Notes under the pieces: generated by a model
Seen by the model: only the letters and a program-made list of their open reading frames with translations
The model's database searches: none
Told to the model about the DNA's origin: nothing
Position numbers and translations under genes: made by a program
Source: Carpediemonas membranifera BICM
Taxonomy: Eukaryota > Protista > Fornicata
Assembly: GCA_019828565.1 (NCBI GenBank)
Contig: JAHDYR010000066.1
Location: forward strand, 584,425-636,361
Reading direction: 5' to 3'
DNA length: 51,937 nucleotides
Shown here: positions 21,501-35,000 of the stretch, one piece after another
Numbering within the stretch: the stretch's first letter is position 1
Layout: each line of letters opens with the position of its first letter

Positions 21501-22778
21501 GACGCGCTCGTGCGGGTGGCCGAGATGACCGAGGCAGTGGGGCCGAAAGCGGCCTCGGTGGCGGTCAATCTGATCAGGTCTTGCGTTCTTCCGATGCCTT
21601 CGGCAATCTTTCGCAACGTGAGCCCGATTGGCCACGAATGCCGCACAAAAAGCCTGGAGCGGAAGCTGAGAGCTGCCATCGCACGCATCCTTCAGGTATC
21701 CGACGTCACAAAGATACCCGAAGAGCGTCTAGCGCTCGATTTCGCCGACTACGGGCTCCGTATCCCTCTTCCGTCGCTCATCTGGAAGTGTGCATTTTTG
21801 GGCGCAGCCCACCAGCTGCACGCCCTAGGCATCACCCGGGACATGGAGGCGGCGCTGTTCTCTCCAGAAGAGTGCCAGGAGTGGCCCAAAACCATCCAGG
21901 AACTGTTTAGCATCGAGGCTGAAAAGCCGCAGAAGACACTCACTACGATGCTTGCAAAAGCCTGGACGGCCAAGTACCGCCCCAAGACACCCGCCGACTT
22001 CGGCCTAGACCCCGAGGAGGTCTCCCAGGGCCTCTCTGACTGCAGCTCCCTCGAGGCCCCCGCCGCCGGACTCCTCCGCAAAGAAGCCGCGCTGAGCCCC
22101 CTCGACCTCGAGCAGACCTCCTGCGACAGCGTGTTCGTCCCCGTCACCCGGGCGCACCTCAACATCGCCCCATTCCGCGAGATGCCGGTCACCTGCCCCC
22201 TCTGTGGCCAGCAGGACATCACGTGGCGCCACGCCCTCGGCTGCTCCTACCTGAAGGATGGCGCGACCAACGCACGCCACGACAGCATCAAGATGGCTGT
22301 GCACGATCTCGTGACCCAGGACGACCTCCGCGGGCGCCCCATCCCCCACTGCAAGCCCGAGTTCGATCTGCTCGACACCCACCCTAGGTTCCGCGTCACG
22401 AGCGCCGACGCCCCCACACACAAGCGGGCTGACCTCAAGGTCTGGGGCGAGCGCGACGTGGTCGGAAACGTCGTCCACGACGACGTCTACGTCGACTTCT
22501 ACTGCGGTCTTCACCCCCGCGACGCCGAGACCGAGAAGACCCGGGAGTACGCCAACTGGGACGTCACCTTCCTGGTCGCCGCCACCACCGTCGGCGGCGC
22601 CACGGAGTCCCGCCTGACCGCGGACTGGGCGGTGCAGTTTTGCGACGCCATTGCACGGCCGCACCTGGCGGGAACCATGCGCGACACGGCCTTCCTGAAG
22701 GCCTGGGAGGGCAACCTCAGCATCTGGAGTGACTATGTCAGCCAGTGCAAGGCCCGCTGGGCCGAGCTCAACCTATAA
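18523..22778 (+). CDS. Unit 5 RT-RLE polyprotein, subfamily A
   Basis: ORFs 18463-19653, 19439-21910 and 21429-22778, joined across two extra A's in A-runs (~19640, ~21420). Confidence 0.92.
19156..19445 (+). repeat. 93-bp coding minisatellite, 3 copies (unit 5)
   Basis: taactggg at 19220, 19313 and 19406 gives an exact 93-bp period. Confidence 0.93.
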
Positions 22779-22976
22779 CCAGGTCCCTGCACAGAAATCT
22801 GGAGTCGCGACTCGGCTGACTTGGCCACTCTAGGCTGCGTCGTCCCCGAGCCCCCCTGCGCCTCCCGCCCCATCGCCGCATCGCATAACGCATCCCCTGC
22901 CCCTGCGCGAGAGTAGTTGCTCGAAATTCCGCGGAGTCGCGTGTCGTTCGGACAACCTGGGAAAGTAAATTCGGCC

Positions 22977-25900
22977 ATGGTATCCAGAGGAAAGTTGCTC
23001 GATTCGCCGCCGCAAGGCGACGAATCCTGCCATACATCCGATGAAGGACCAGGTGACACGAATTACCAGAAACTAGCGCTGTTCGCTGCGCTCCTGCGCG
23101 TAATGGACGAAATTCGTCAGCACTGCCCGAAAGGCTCGTGGCCGAAGAACGCTGAGGCCTTCATCGAGGTTTGTATGAACAAAGATCGTTTATTGCGCCT
23201 TGTGACGGACAACAAACGCTTCTTCACGATCAACAACCTTTCTTTGATCACGGACTACGTTCATGCGGCCACAAACCGCTTCGGGCCAGGCCATAAGCCG
23301 AAGGCATCCCGCCGTGATGACCACATCGCCAATGCCACTTCACTTCTTCACGCCGCAGCCACCAACCAGGTGTTCACTGCTACGATCTCGATTGATCGTG
23401 CCAACGAGGCCCTCGAGCGCGTGATACGGGGCAGAAGGACCGATGAGCAGCTCATGAGGGAGCACCCTCGTCCGCTCCGCCCGTCCGAGATCGCCGCTCG
23501 CCGCGCCAAGACCGGGCGTCAGTCATACGCCCAACTGATCAGCCGTGTCGAGGAGGCCCGCCCGGCAAGCCCTGCGCGAGACCGCACTGCCTTCCTCGAG
23601 GCAGAAGCATACGCGTGTCGCGTAGCTGCTGGCCGCGCAGACCGTCAACAGCAGGGTGATAGGCCCCCGAGCCCCACCCCTGCCGATGCTGCCCCCACCG
23701 ACTCCGCTGCCGCCCTAACTGGGCCGCAGCCCGCAGCCGCCCAGCGGGATGACCGGTCTACCGAGCCCCACCCCTGCCCAGGCTGCCCCCACCGACTCCG
23801 CTGCCGCCCTAACTGGGCCGCAGCCTGCAACCGCCCCAGCGGGATGACCGGTCTACCGAGCCCCACCCCTGCCCAGGTTGCCCCCACCGACTCCGCTGCC
23901 GCCCTAACTGGGCCGCAGCCCGCAGCCGCCCCGCAGGGTGACAGGCCCACGCGCCAGACCCCCGCCCAGGTTGCCCCCACCCAGCCAGAGGAGAGGAACA
24001 TCGACGACACCGCAGTGTCCGAGTTCCTCTCCCTGGCGGGCGTCGAAGGCGGGGAAGGGGAGAGAGCTGAGCCAGAGACCGGGCACGAAGCCCGTGGTGA
24101 CTCAGCCAACCCTCCCCTTCGCCCGCCGCCGCAGGCAAGCCAAGGCCCTGAACCACGTACATTTGTGTACACAGGCCCTCCTGGCGCTCTTAACCAGATC
24201 ACGGAGGCGCACCCTGGGCCAGCATCATCCACGCCTACCCAGGGGTGGCTGAGCCTTGCCAAGCTGGATCGACTCCGGCATAGGTTCACCGCAAACATCC
24301 CGACCCACCTGGTCGAGTCTCACTGGGGCTCGGCCGAGCAGGTAAGGTCCACACTCACGACAGCAGTCCGGGTCGGAGAAGTGTCCGGCGGGCAGAATGG
24401 CGTCCACAGGATGTCACGTGAACGCTGGACACAGCTTCTCGAGGGCCTCTTCGCGGACGAGCCGGACAGGCGGCCACCCTACAGCTTCCCCGAAAGGGTT
24501 CCGCGAGTTCACACCAAGGTTGGTCTACTTCATGAGGGAGGCCTGCGGACTCCGGCAGGACCCCACAACCGGTGGTCCACCGCACACCAGACCCAGTCTG
24601 ACCCAGCGGAGACCGAGAGCCGCACTCCTCCCCATGCCACCAACTGACCCCATCGCAGGCGACCTGCCCCTCGAACTGGCGTTCCTTCCCCATCCAGCTG
24701 AAGCCGGCCGTATCGGCCGATCAAAGCCATCGCGAAAGGCGGCAGCCAGGTTTGTGAACGGGCTGATCCAGCTGCTCGTGGCCCTTGCCAACGCCCCGGA
24801 GAGTCGGAAGCGAGAGGCGCTAGCCGCCGTCCTTCGGCACGCGCGGACCGTATACCGCCCTGGGAAGAAGGGCGTTTTCTCTCCGGGCCCGCTCTCCGGA
24901 GCGAGCTGCATACTCGAAGGCCGCCGCAGGGTACTATTCAAGCGCCATGAAGGTCCTGCTTTCGGCGGAAATGACACTGACACCGGGAGAGATCGACCAG
25001 AAGCTGGAGGAAATGCAGGCCACCCCACTTCACGATCCCCAGACACCGGCACTCACACCCCACACCGACGCACTGACGTCCTTTGAGATCACGTTCGAGG
25101 CGGTTGACGAAGCCCTAGGAAGGATGAGGGCGGACTCGGCACCGGGCCCATCCGGGCTGAGCTTCTTGCATCTCAAACTGGCCCACAGACTGCGGAAAGG
25201 CAAGCTTGTCCAGGCGCTGCTACCTCTCGTGAGAGATATCATCGCAGGAGAGGAGTACACAAGCATCCTCGCGCACGCACGGCTCATCGCGCTACCAAAG
25301 GGCCAAGATCGCGTCAGACCCATCGCTATGGGCGAGTCTCTCCGACGCCTTGCCGCGAAGGTCCTTGCCTCAGCCGTCTCGGCCCGCCTCCGGGACGATG
25401 GGGTCTGCCCAGAGCAGTATGGGCTGGGTGAGAGCTGCGGCCTGGACATCATGACCAACAAGATCGCCGAGGCCTACGAGTCGGGCCACAAGGTCTGTGC
25501 TGTGGACATGTCCAATGCGTATGGCACAGTGTCCCGGGCTCACCTTCATGCAGTACTGCAGGCCTATGCCCCAGCCGCACTCCCATACTTCACTACGATG
25601 TACAGAGAGGGCAAGCTGCTTACGCCGACTGGCAAGGTCATTGACAGCCGCGAGGGCATCCACCAGGGTGACCCGCTCTCGCCCGCACTCTTCACGCTGG
25701 CAATGATGCCCATCCTGAAGAGCCTCCGGTCTCAGCTCCCGAGCGCCACCATTCTCGGGTACCAAGATGACTTGTACGGTCTCTTGCCCGCCCACGCGGA
25801 CCAACGCTCGATAGAGACGTTCTACGTGCGAGTGGAAGCAGCATGCAAGGCCGTTGGTATGCGCGTCAACAGGCAGAAGTGCCTCATCCTGACGAAGGCC

Positions 25901-27278
25901 GGATCACTTGGCAGACGGAGCGGACGCGCGTTGGGAATCCCTGTAGGAGACGACGCCGGCATCTCCCAGGCAGTGGATGATATCTTCACGCGCATGGAGG
26001 AGGCGCTCGAACGCGTCGCAGAAATGACGGAGACCGTGGGGCCAAAAGCAGCCGCCGTAGCGATCAACATGATCAGGTCATGCGTTCTACCGATGGCTTC
26101 AGCAGTATTTCGCAACGTGAGCCCGATCGGGCACGAATGCCGAACCAAAAGGCTCGAACACACGCTGAGAACCGTTATCGGCCGCATACTTCAAGAAACG
26201 GACGTTTCAAATATCCCAAAAGAGCGCCTTGCACTTGATTATGATGACTACGGGCTTCGGATTCCACTTCCCTCTCTCATTTGGCAATGTGCGTTTTTAG
26301 GAGCAGCGCACCAGCTGCACGCCCTAGGCATCACAAGGGCCATGGAGGAGGAGCTATTCGCTCCCAATGGGTGCCAGAGGTGGCCCAAGACCACCCAGGA
26401 CCTGTTCGACATCGAGGCTGAAAAGCCACAGAAGAACCTCACAACGATGTTGGCAGAGACCTGGACGGCCAATTACCGCCCCAAGACACCCCACGACTTC
26501 AGTCTAGACCCCGAGGAGGTCTCCCAGGGCCTCACCGACTGCAGCTCCCTCACCGCACCCGCCGCCGGAATCCTCAGGAAGGAGGCCAGCCTGAGCCCCC
26601 CTGGACCTCGAGCACGTCTCATGCGACAGCGCGTTCGTCCCAATCGCCCGGGCACACCTCAATGTCGCCCCATTCCGCGAAATGCCGGTCACATGTCCCC
26701 TTTGTGGCCAGCAGGATGTCACGTGGCGCCACGCCTTAGGGTGCGCCCACCTCAAGGAAGGCGCCATTACCGCACGCCACGACCACGTTAAGATGGCTGT
26801 GCACGACCTGGTAGCCCAGGACGACCTACGCGGGCGGCCCATTCCCCGTTGCCGTCCAGAGGTCGACCTCCGCGACACACACCCACAGTTCCGTGTCACC
26901 AACGCCGCAGCGCCCACACACAAGCGGGCCGACCTCAAGGTCTGGGGCGAGCGCGACGTGGTCGGAAACGCGGTACACGATGATGTATACGTGGACTTCT
27001 ACTGCGGGCTGCACCCCCGCGACGCCGAGCTCGAGAAGACCAAGGAGTACGCCAACTGGGACGTCACCTTCCTGGTCGCCGCCACCACCGTCGGCGGCGC
27101 CACGGAGTCCCGCCTGACCGCGGACTGGGCGGTGCAGTTTTGCGACGCCATCGCACGGCCGCACCTGGCGGGAACCATGCGCGACCTGGTCTTCCTCAAG
27201 ACTTGGGAGGGCAACATGACCGTCTGGAGCGACTACGTCACTCAGTGCAAGGCCCGCTGGGCCGAACTTCGCCCCTAA
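22977..27278 (+). CDS. Unit 6 RT-RLE polyprotein, subfamily C (N2+La+RT-C)
   Basis: ORFs 22917-24647, 24397-25086, 24947-26791 and 26682-27278; ends …CKARWAELRP. Confidence 0.9.
23652..23945 (+). repeat. 93-bp coding minisatellite, 3 copies (unit 6)
   Basis: Core occurs 3 times. Confidence 0.9.
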
Positions 27279-27474
27279 TCGCCTCACCAGAAATGTGCCG
27301 GAGTCGCGACTCGGCTGACTCGGCCACTCTAGGCTGCGTCGTCCCCGAGCCCCCCTGCGCCTCCCGCCCCATCGCCGCATCGCATAACGCATCCCCTGCC
27401 CCTGCGCGAGAGTGGTTACCCCAAGTTCCGCGGAGTCGCGTGTCGTTCGGACAACCTGGGAAGTAAATTCGGCC

Positions 27475-30400
27475 ATGGTATCCAGAGGAAAGTTGCTCGA
27501 TTCGCCGCCGCAAGGCGACGAATCCTGCCATACATCCGATGAAGGACCAGGTGACACGAATTACCAGAAACTAGCGCTGTTCGCTGCGCTCCTGCGCGTA
27601 ATGGACGAAATTCGTCAGCACTGCCCGAAAGGCTCGTGGCCGAAGACCGCTGAGGCCTTCATCGAGGTTTGTATGAACAAAGATCGTTTATTGCGCCTTG
27701 TGACGGACAACAAACGCTTCTTCACGATCAACAACCTTTCTTTGATCACGGACTACGTTCATGCGGCCACAAACCGCTTCGGGCCAGGCCATAAGCCGAA
27801 GGCATCCCGCCGTGATGACCACATCGCCAATGCCACTTCACTTCTTCACGCCGCAGCCACCAACCAGGTGTTCACTGCTACGATCTCGATTGATCGTGCC
27901 AACGAGGCCCTCGAGCGCGTGATACGGGGCAGAAGGACCGATGAGCAGCTCATGAGGGAGCACCCTCGTCCGCTCCGCCCGTCCGAGATCGCCGCTCGCC
28001 GCGCCAAGACCGGGCGTCAGTCATACGCCCAACTGATCAGCCGTGTCGAGGAGGCCCGCCCGGCAAGCCCTGCGCGAGACCGCACTGCCTTCCTCGAGGC
28101 AGAAGCATACGCGTGTCGCGTAGCTGCTGGCCGCGCAGACCGTCAACAGCAGGGTGATAGGCCCCCGAGCCCCACCCCTGCCCAGGTTGCCCCCACCGAC
28201 TCCGCTGCCGCCCTAACTGGGCCGCAGCCCGCAGCCGCCCAGCGGGATGACCGGTCTACCGACACCACCCCTGCCCAGGCTGCCCCCACCGACTCCGCTG
28301 CCGCCCTAACTGGGCCGCAGCCTGCAACCGCCCCGCAGGGTGATAGGCCCCCGAGCCCCACCCCCTGCCCAGGTTGCCCCCACCGACTCCGCTGCCGCCC
28401 TAACTGGGCCGCAGCCCGCAGCCGCCCAGCGGGATGACCGGTCTACCGACACCACCCCTGCCCAGGCTGCCCCCACCGACTCCGCTGTCGCCCTAACTGG
28501 GCCGCAGCCCGCAGCCGCCCCGCAGGGTGACAGGCCCACGCGCCAGACCCCCGCCCAGGTTGCCCCCACCCAGCCAGAGGAGAGGAACATCGACGACACC
28601 GCAGTGTCCGAGTTCCTCTCCCTGGCGGGCGTCGAAGGCGGGGAAGGGGAGAGAGCTGAGCCAGAGACCGGGCACGAAGCCCGTGGTGACTCAGCCAACC
28701 CTCCCCTTCGCCCGCCGCCGCAGGCAAGCCAAGGCCCTGAACCACGTACATTTGTGTACACAGGCCCTCCTGGCGCTCTTAACCAGATCACGGAGGCGCA
28801 CCCTGGGCCAGCATCATCCACGCCTACCCAGGGGTGGCTGAGCCTGCCAAGCTGGATCGACTCCGGCATAGGTTCACCGCAAACATCCCGACCCACCTGG
28901 TCGAGTCTCACTGGGGCTCGGCCGAGCAGGTAAGGTCCACACTCACGACAGCAGTCCGGGTCGGAGAAGTGTCCGGCGGGCAGAATGGCGTCCACAGGAT
29001 GTCACGTGAACGCTGGACACAGCTTCTCGAGGGCCTCTTCGCGGACGAGCCGGACAGGCGGCCACCCTACAGCTTCCCGAAAGGGTTCCGCGAGTTCACA
29101 CCAAGGTTGGTCTACTTCATGAGGGAGGCCTGCGGACTCCGGCAGGACCCCACAACCGGTGGTCCACCGCACACCAGACCCAGTCTGACCCAGCGGAGAC
29201 CGAGAGCCGCACTCCTCCCCATGCCACCAACTGACCCCCATCGCAGGCGACCTGCCCCTCGAACTGGCGTTCCTTCCCCATCCAGCTGAAGCCGGCCGTA
29301 TCGGCCGATCAAAGCCATCGCGAAAGGCGGCAGCCAGGTTTGTGAACGGGCTGATCCAGATGCTCGTGGCCCTTGCCAACGCCCCGGAGAGTCGGAAGCG
29401 AGAGGCGCTAGCCGCCGTCCTTCGGCACGCGCGGACCGTATACCGCCCTGGGAAGAAGGGCGTTTTCTCTCCGGGCCCGCTCTCCGGAGCGAGCTGCATA
29501 CTCGAAGGCCGCCGCAGGGTACTATTCAAGCGCCATGAAGGTCCTGCTTTCGGCGGAAATGACACTGACACCGGGAGAGATCGACCAGAAGCTGGAGGAA
29601 ATGCAGGCCACCCCACTTCACGATCCCCAGACACCGGCACTCACACCCCACACCGACGCACTGACGTCCTTTGAGATCACGTTCGAGGCGGTTGACGAAG
29701 CCCTAGGAAGGATGAGGGCGGACTCGGCACCGGGCCCATCCGGGCTGAGCTTCTTGCATCTCAAACTGGCCCACAGACTGCGGAAAGGCAAGCTTGTCCA
29801 GGCGCTGCTACCTCTCGTGAGAGATATCATCGCAGGAGAGGAGTACACAAGCATCCTCGCGCACGCACGGCTCATCGCGCTACCAAAGGGCCAAGATCGC
29901 GTCAGACCCATCGCTATGGGCGAGTCTCTCCGACGCCTTGCCGCGAAGGTCCTTGCCTCAGCCGTCTCGGCCCGCCTCCGGGACGATGGGGTCTGCCCAG
30001 AGCAGTATGGGCTGGGTGAGAGCTGCGGCCTGGACATCATGACCAACAAGATCGCCGAGGCCTACGAGTCGGGCCACAAGGTCTGTGCTGTGGACATGTC
30101 CAATGCGTATGGCACAGTGTCCCGGGCTCACCTTCATGCAGTACTGCAGGCCTATGCCCCAGCCGCACTCCCATACTTCACTACGATGTACAGAGAGGGC
30201 AAGCTGCTTACGCCGACTGGCAAGGTCATTGACAGCCGCGAGGGCATCCACCAGGGTGACCCGCTCTCGCCCGCACTCTTCACGCTGGCAATGATGCCCA
30301 TCCTGAAGAGCCTCCGGTCTCAGCTCCCGAGCGCCACCATTCTCGGGTACCAAGATGACTTGTACGGTCTCTTGCCCGCCCACGCGGACCAACGCTCGAT

Positions 30401-31866
30401 AGAGACGTTCTACGTGCGAGTGGAAGCAGCATGCAAGGCCGTTGGTATGCGCGTCAACAGGCAGAAGTGCCTCATCCTGACGAAGGCCGGATCACTTGGC
30501 AGACGGAGCGGACGCGCGTTGGGAATCCCTGTAGGAGACGACGCCGGCATCTCCCAGGCAGTGGATGATATCTTCACGCGCATGGAGGAGGCGCTCGAAC
30601 GCGTCGCAGAAATGACGGAGACCGTGGGGCCAAAAGCAGCCGCCGTAGCGATCAACATGATCAGGTCATGCGTTCTACCGATGGCTTCAGCAGTATTTCG
30701 CAACGTGAGCCCGATCGGGCACGAATGCCGAACCAAAAGGCTCGAACACACGCTGAGAACCGTTATCGGCCGCATACTTCAAGAAACGGACGTTTCAAAT
30801 ATCCCAAAAGAACGCCTTGCACTTGATTATGATGACTACGGGCTTCGGATTCCACTTCCCTCTCTCATTTGGCAATGTGCGTTTTTAGGAGCAGCGCACC
30901 AGCTGCACGCCCTAGGCATCACAAGGGCCATGGAGGAGGAGCTATTCGCTCCCAATGGGTGCCAGAGGTGGCCCAAGACCACCCAGGACCTGTTCGACAT
31001 CGAGGCTGAAAAAGCCACAGAAGAACCTCACAACGATGTTGGCAGAGACCTGGACGGCCAATTACCGCCCCAAGACACCCCACGACTTCAGTCTAGACCC
31101 CGAGGAGGTCTCCCCAGGGCCTCACCGACTGCAGCTCCCTCACCGCACCCGCCGCCGGAATCCTCAGGAAGGAGGCCAGCCTGAGCCCCCTGGACCTCGA
31201 GCACGTCTCATGCGACAGCGCGTTCGTCCCAATCGCCCGGGCACACCTCAATGTCGCCCCATTCCGCGAAATGCCGGTCACATGTCCCCTTTGTGGCCAG
31301 CAGGATGTCACGTGGCGCCACGCCTTAGGGTGCGCCCACCTCAAGGAAGGCGCCATTACCGCACGCCACGACCACGTTAAGATGGCTGTGCACGACCTGG
31401 TAGCCCAGGACGACCTACGCGGGCGGCCCATTCCCCGTTGCCGTCCAGAGGTCGACCTCCGCGACACACACCCACAGTTCCGTGTCACCAACGCCGCAGC
31501 GCCCACACACAAGCGGGCCGACCTCAAGGTCTGGGGCGAGCGCGACGTGGTCGGAAACGCGGTACACGATGATGTATACGTGGACTTCTACTGCGGGCTG
31601 CACCCCCGCGACGCCGAGCTCGAGAAGACCAAGGAGTACGCCAACTGGGACGTCACCTTCCTGGTCGCCGCCACCACCGTCGGCGGCGCCACAGAGTCCC
31701 GCCTGACCGCGGACTGGGCGGTGCAGTTTTGCGACGCCATCGCACGGCCGCACCTGGCGGGAACCATGCGCGACCTGGTCTTCCTCAAGACTTGGGAGGG
31801 CAACATGACCGTCTGGAGCGACTACGTCACTCAGTGCAAGGCCCGCTGGGCCGAACTTCGCCCTAA
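27475..31866 (+). CDS. Unit 7 RT-RLE polyprotein, subfamily C, frameshifted as assembled
   Basis: ORFs 27412-28437, 28340-28933, 28834-29289, 29535-31184 and 31271-31906; the homologous TAA at 31864-31866 is out of frame by one missing C. Confidence 0.88.
28150..28535 (+). repeat. 93-bp coding minisatellite, 4 copies (unit 7)
   Basis: Core occurs 4 times. Confidence 0.9.
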
Positions 31867-32063
31867 TCGCCTCACCAGAAATGTGCCGGAGTCGCGACTC
31901 GGCTGACTCGGCCACTCTAGGCTGCGTCGTCCCCGAGCCCCCCTGCGCCTCCCGCCCCATCGCCGCATCGCATAACGCATCCCCTGCCCCTGCGCGAGAG
32001 TGGTTACCCCAAGTTCCGCGGAGTCGCGTGTCGTTCGGACAACCTGGGGAAGTAAATTCGGCC

Positions 32064-35000
32064 ATGGTATCCAGAGGAAAGTTGCTCGATTCGCCGCCGC
32101 AAGGCGACGAATCCCGCCATACATCCGATGAAGGACCAGGTGACACGAATTACCTGAAACTAGCGCTGTTCGCTGCGCTCCTGCGCGTAATGGAAGAAAT
32201 TCGTCAGCACTGCCCGAAAGGCTCGTGGCCGAAGAACGCTGAGGCCTTCATCGAGGTTTGTATGAACAAAGATCGTTTATTGCGCCTTGTGACGGACAAC
32301 AAACGCTTCTTCACGATCAACAACCTTTCTTTGATCACGGACTACGTTCATGCGGCCACAAACCGCTTCGGGCCAGGCCATAAGCCGAAGGCATCCCGCC
32401 GTGATGACCACATCGCCAATGCCACTTCACTTCTTCACGCCGCAGCCACCAACCAGGTGTTCACTGCTACGATCTCGATTGATCGTGCCAACGAGGCCCT
32501 CGAGCGCGTGATACGGGGCAGAAGGACCGATGAGCAGCTCATGAGGGAGCACCCTCGTCCGCTCCGCCCGTCCGAGATCGCCGCTCGCCGCGCCAAGACC
32601 GGGCGTCAGTCATACGCCCAACTGATCAGCCGTGTCGAGGAGGCCCGCCCGGCAAGCCCTGCGCGAGACCGCACTGCCTTCCTCGAGGCAGAAGCATACG
32701 CGTGTCGCGTAGCTGCTGGCCGCGCAGACCGTCAACAGCAGGGTGATAGGCCCCCGAGCCCCACCCCTGCCGATGCTGCCCCCACCGACTCCGCTGCCGC
32801 CCTAACTGGGCCGCAGACCGCAGCCGCCCAGCGGGATGACCGGTCTACCGACACCACCCCCTGCCCAGGATGCCCCCCACCGACTCCGCTGCCGCCCTAA
32901 CTGGGCCGCAGCCCGCAGCCGCCCAGCGGGATGACCGGTCTACCGACACCACCCCTGCCCAGGCTGCCCCCACCGACTCCGCTGCCGCCCCTAACTGGGC
33001 CGCGCCTGCAGCCCCGCAGTGATAGGCCCCCGAGCCCCACCCCCTGCCCAGGCTGCTGACGCCCCAGGGCCCGCAGCGCGCCGCCCAGGGTGACCCCCGC
33101 CCAGGTTGCCCCCACCCAGCCAGAGGAGAGGAACATCGACGACACCGCAGTGTCCGAGTTCCTCTCCCTGGCGGGCGTCGAAGGCGGGGAAGGGGAGAGA
33201 GCTGAGCCAGAGACCGGGCACGAAGCCCGTGGTGACTCAGCCAACCCTCCCCTTCGCCCGCCGCCGCAGGCAAGCCAAGGCCCTGAACCACGTACATTTG
33301 TGTACACAGGCCCTCCTGGCGCTCTTAACCAGATCACGGAGGCGCACCCTGGGCCAGCATCATCCACGCCTACCCAGGGGTGGCTGAGCCTTGCCAAGCT
33401 GGATCGACTCCGGCATAGGTTCACCGCAAACATCCCGACCCACCTGGTCGAGTCTCATTGGGGCTCGGCCGAGCAGGTAAGGTCCACACTCACGACAGCA
33501 GTCCGGGTCGGAGAAGTGTCCGGCGGGCAGAATGGCGTCCACAGGATGTCACGTGAACGCTGGACACAGCTTCTGGAAGGCATTTTCGCTGACGAGCCGG
33601 ACAGGCGGCCACCCTACAGCTTCCCGAAAGGGTTCCGCGAGTTCACACCAAGGTTGGTCTACTTCATGAGGGAGGCCTGCGGACTCCGGCAGGACCCCAC
33701 AACCGGTGGTCCACCGCACACCAGACCCAGTCTGACCCAGCGGAGACCGAGAGCCGCACTCCTCCCCATGCCACCAACTGACCCCCATCGCAGGCGACCT
33801 GCCCCTCGAACTGGCGTTCCTTCCCCATCCAGCTGAAGCCGGCCGTATCGGCCGATCAAAGCTCCCTCGCGAAAGGCGGCAGCCAGGTTTGTGAACGGGC
33901 TGATCCAGCTGCTCGTGGCCCTTGCCAACGCCCCGGAGAGTCGGAAGCGAGAGGCGCTAGCCGCCGTCCTTCGGCACGCGCGGACCGTATACCGCCCTGG
34001 GAAGAAGGGCGTTTTCTCTCCGGGCCCGCTCTCCGGAGCGAGCTGCATACTCGAAGGCCGCCGCAGGGTACTATTCAAGCGCCATGAAGGTCCTGCTTTC
34101 GGCGGAAATGACACTGACACCGGGAGAGATCGACCAGAAGCTGGAGGAAATGCAGGCCACCCCACTTCACGATCCCCCAGACACCGGCACTCACACCCCA
34201 CACCGACGCACTGACGTCCTTTGAGATCACGTTCGAGGCGGTTGACGAAGCCCTAGGAAGGATGAGGGCGGACTCGGCACCGGGCCCATCCGGGCTGAGC
34301 TTCTTGCATCTCAAACTGGCCCACAGACTGCGGAAAGGCAGGCTTGTCCAGGCGCTGCTACCTCTCGTGAGAGATATCATCGCAGGAGAGGAGTACACAA
34401 GCATCCTCGCGCACGCACGGCTCATCGCGCTACCAAAGGGCCAAGATCGCGTCAGACCCATCGCTATGGGCGAGTCTCTCCGACGCCTTGCCGCGAAGGT
34501 CCTTGCCTCAGCCGTCTCGGCCCGCCTCCGGGACGATGGGGTCTGCCCAGAGCAGTATGGGCTGGGTGAGAGCTGCGGCCTGGACATCATGACCAACAAG
34601 ATCGCCGAGGCCTACGAGTCGGGCCACAAGGTCTGTGCTGTGGACATGTCCAATGCGTATGGCACAGTGTCCCGGGCTCACCTTCATGCAGTACTGCAGG
34701 CCTATGCCCCAGCCGCACTCCCATACTTCACTACGATGTACAGAGAGGGCAAGCTGCTTACGCCGACTGGCAAGGTCATTGGCAGCCGCGAGGGCATCCA
34801 CCAGGGTGACCCGCTCTCGCCCGCACTCTTCACGCTGGCAATGATGCCCATCCTGAAGAGCCTCCGGTCTCAGCTCCCGAGCGCCACCATTCTCGGGTAC
34901 CAAGATGACTTGTACGGTCTCTTGCCCGCCCACGCGGACCAACGCTCGATAGAGACGTTCTACGTGCGAGTGGAAGCAGCATGCAAGGCCGTTGGTATGC

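Noticed and set aside
23036-23075. Hammerhead-like ccgatga…gaaac in N2 units
   Set aside because: The core is CCGAUGA rather than CUGAUGA, stem II is not adjacent to the core, and the motif is absent from N1 units.
33001-33095. Degenerate stretch in the unit 8 minisatellite (also 541-552 and 51700-51720)
   Set aside because: Looks like low-quality consensus between repeat variants rather than a distinct insertion.
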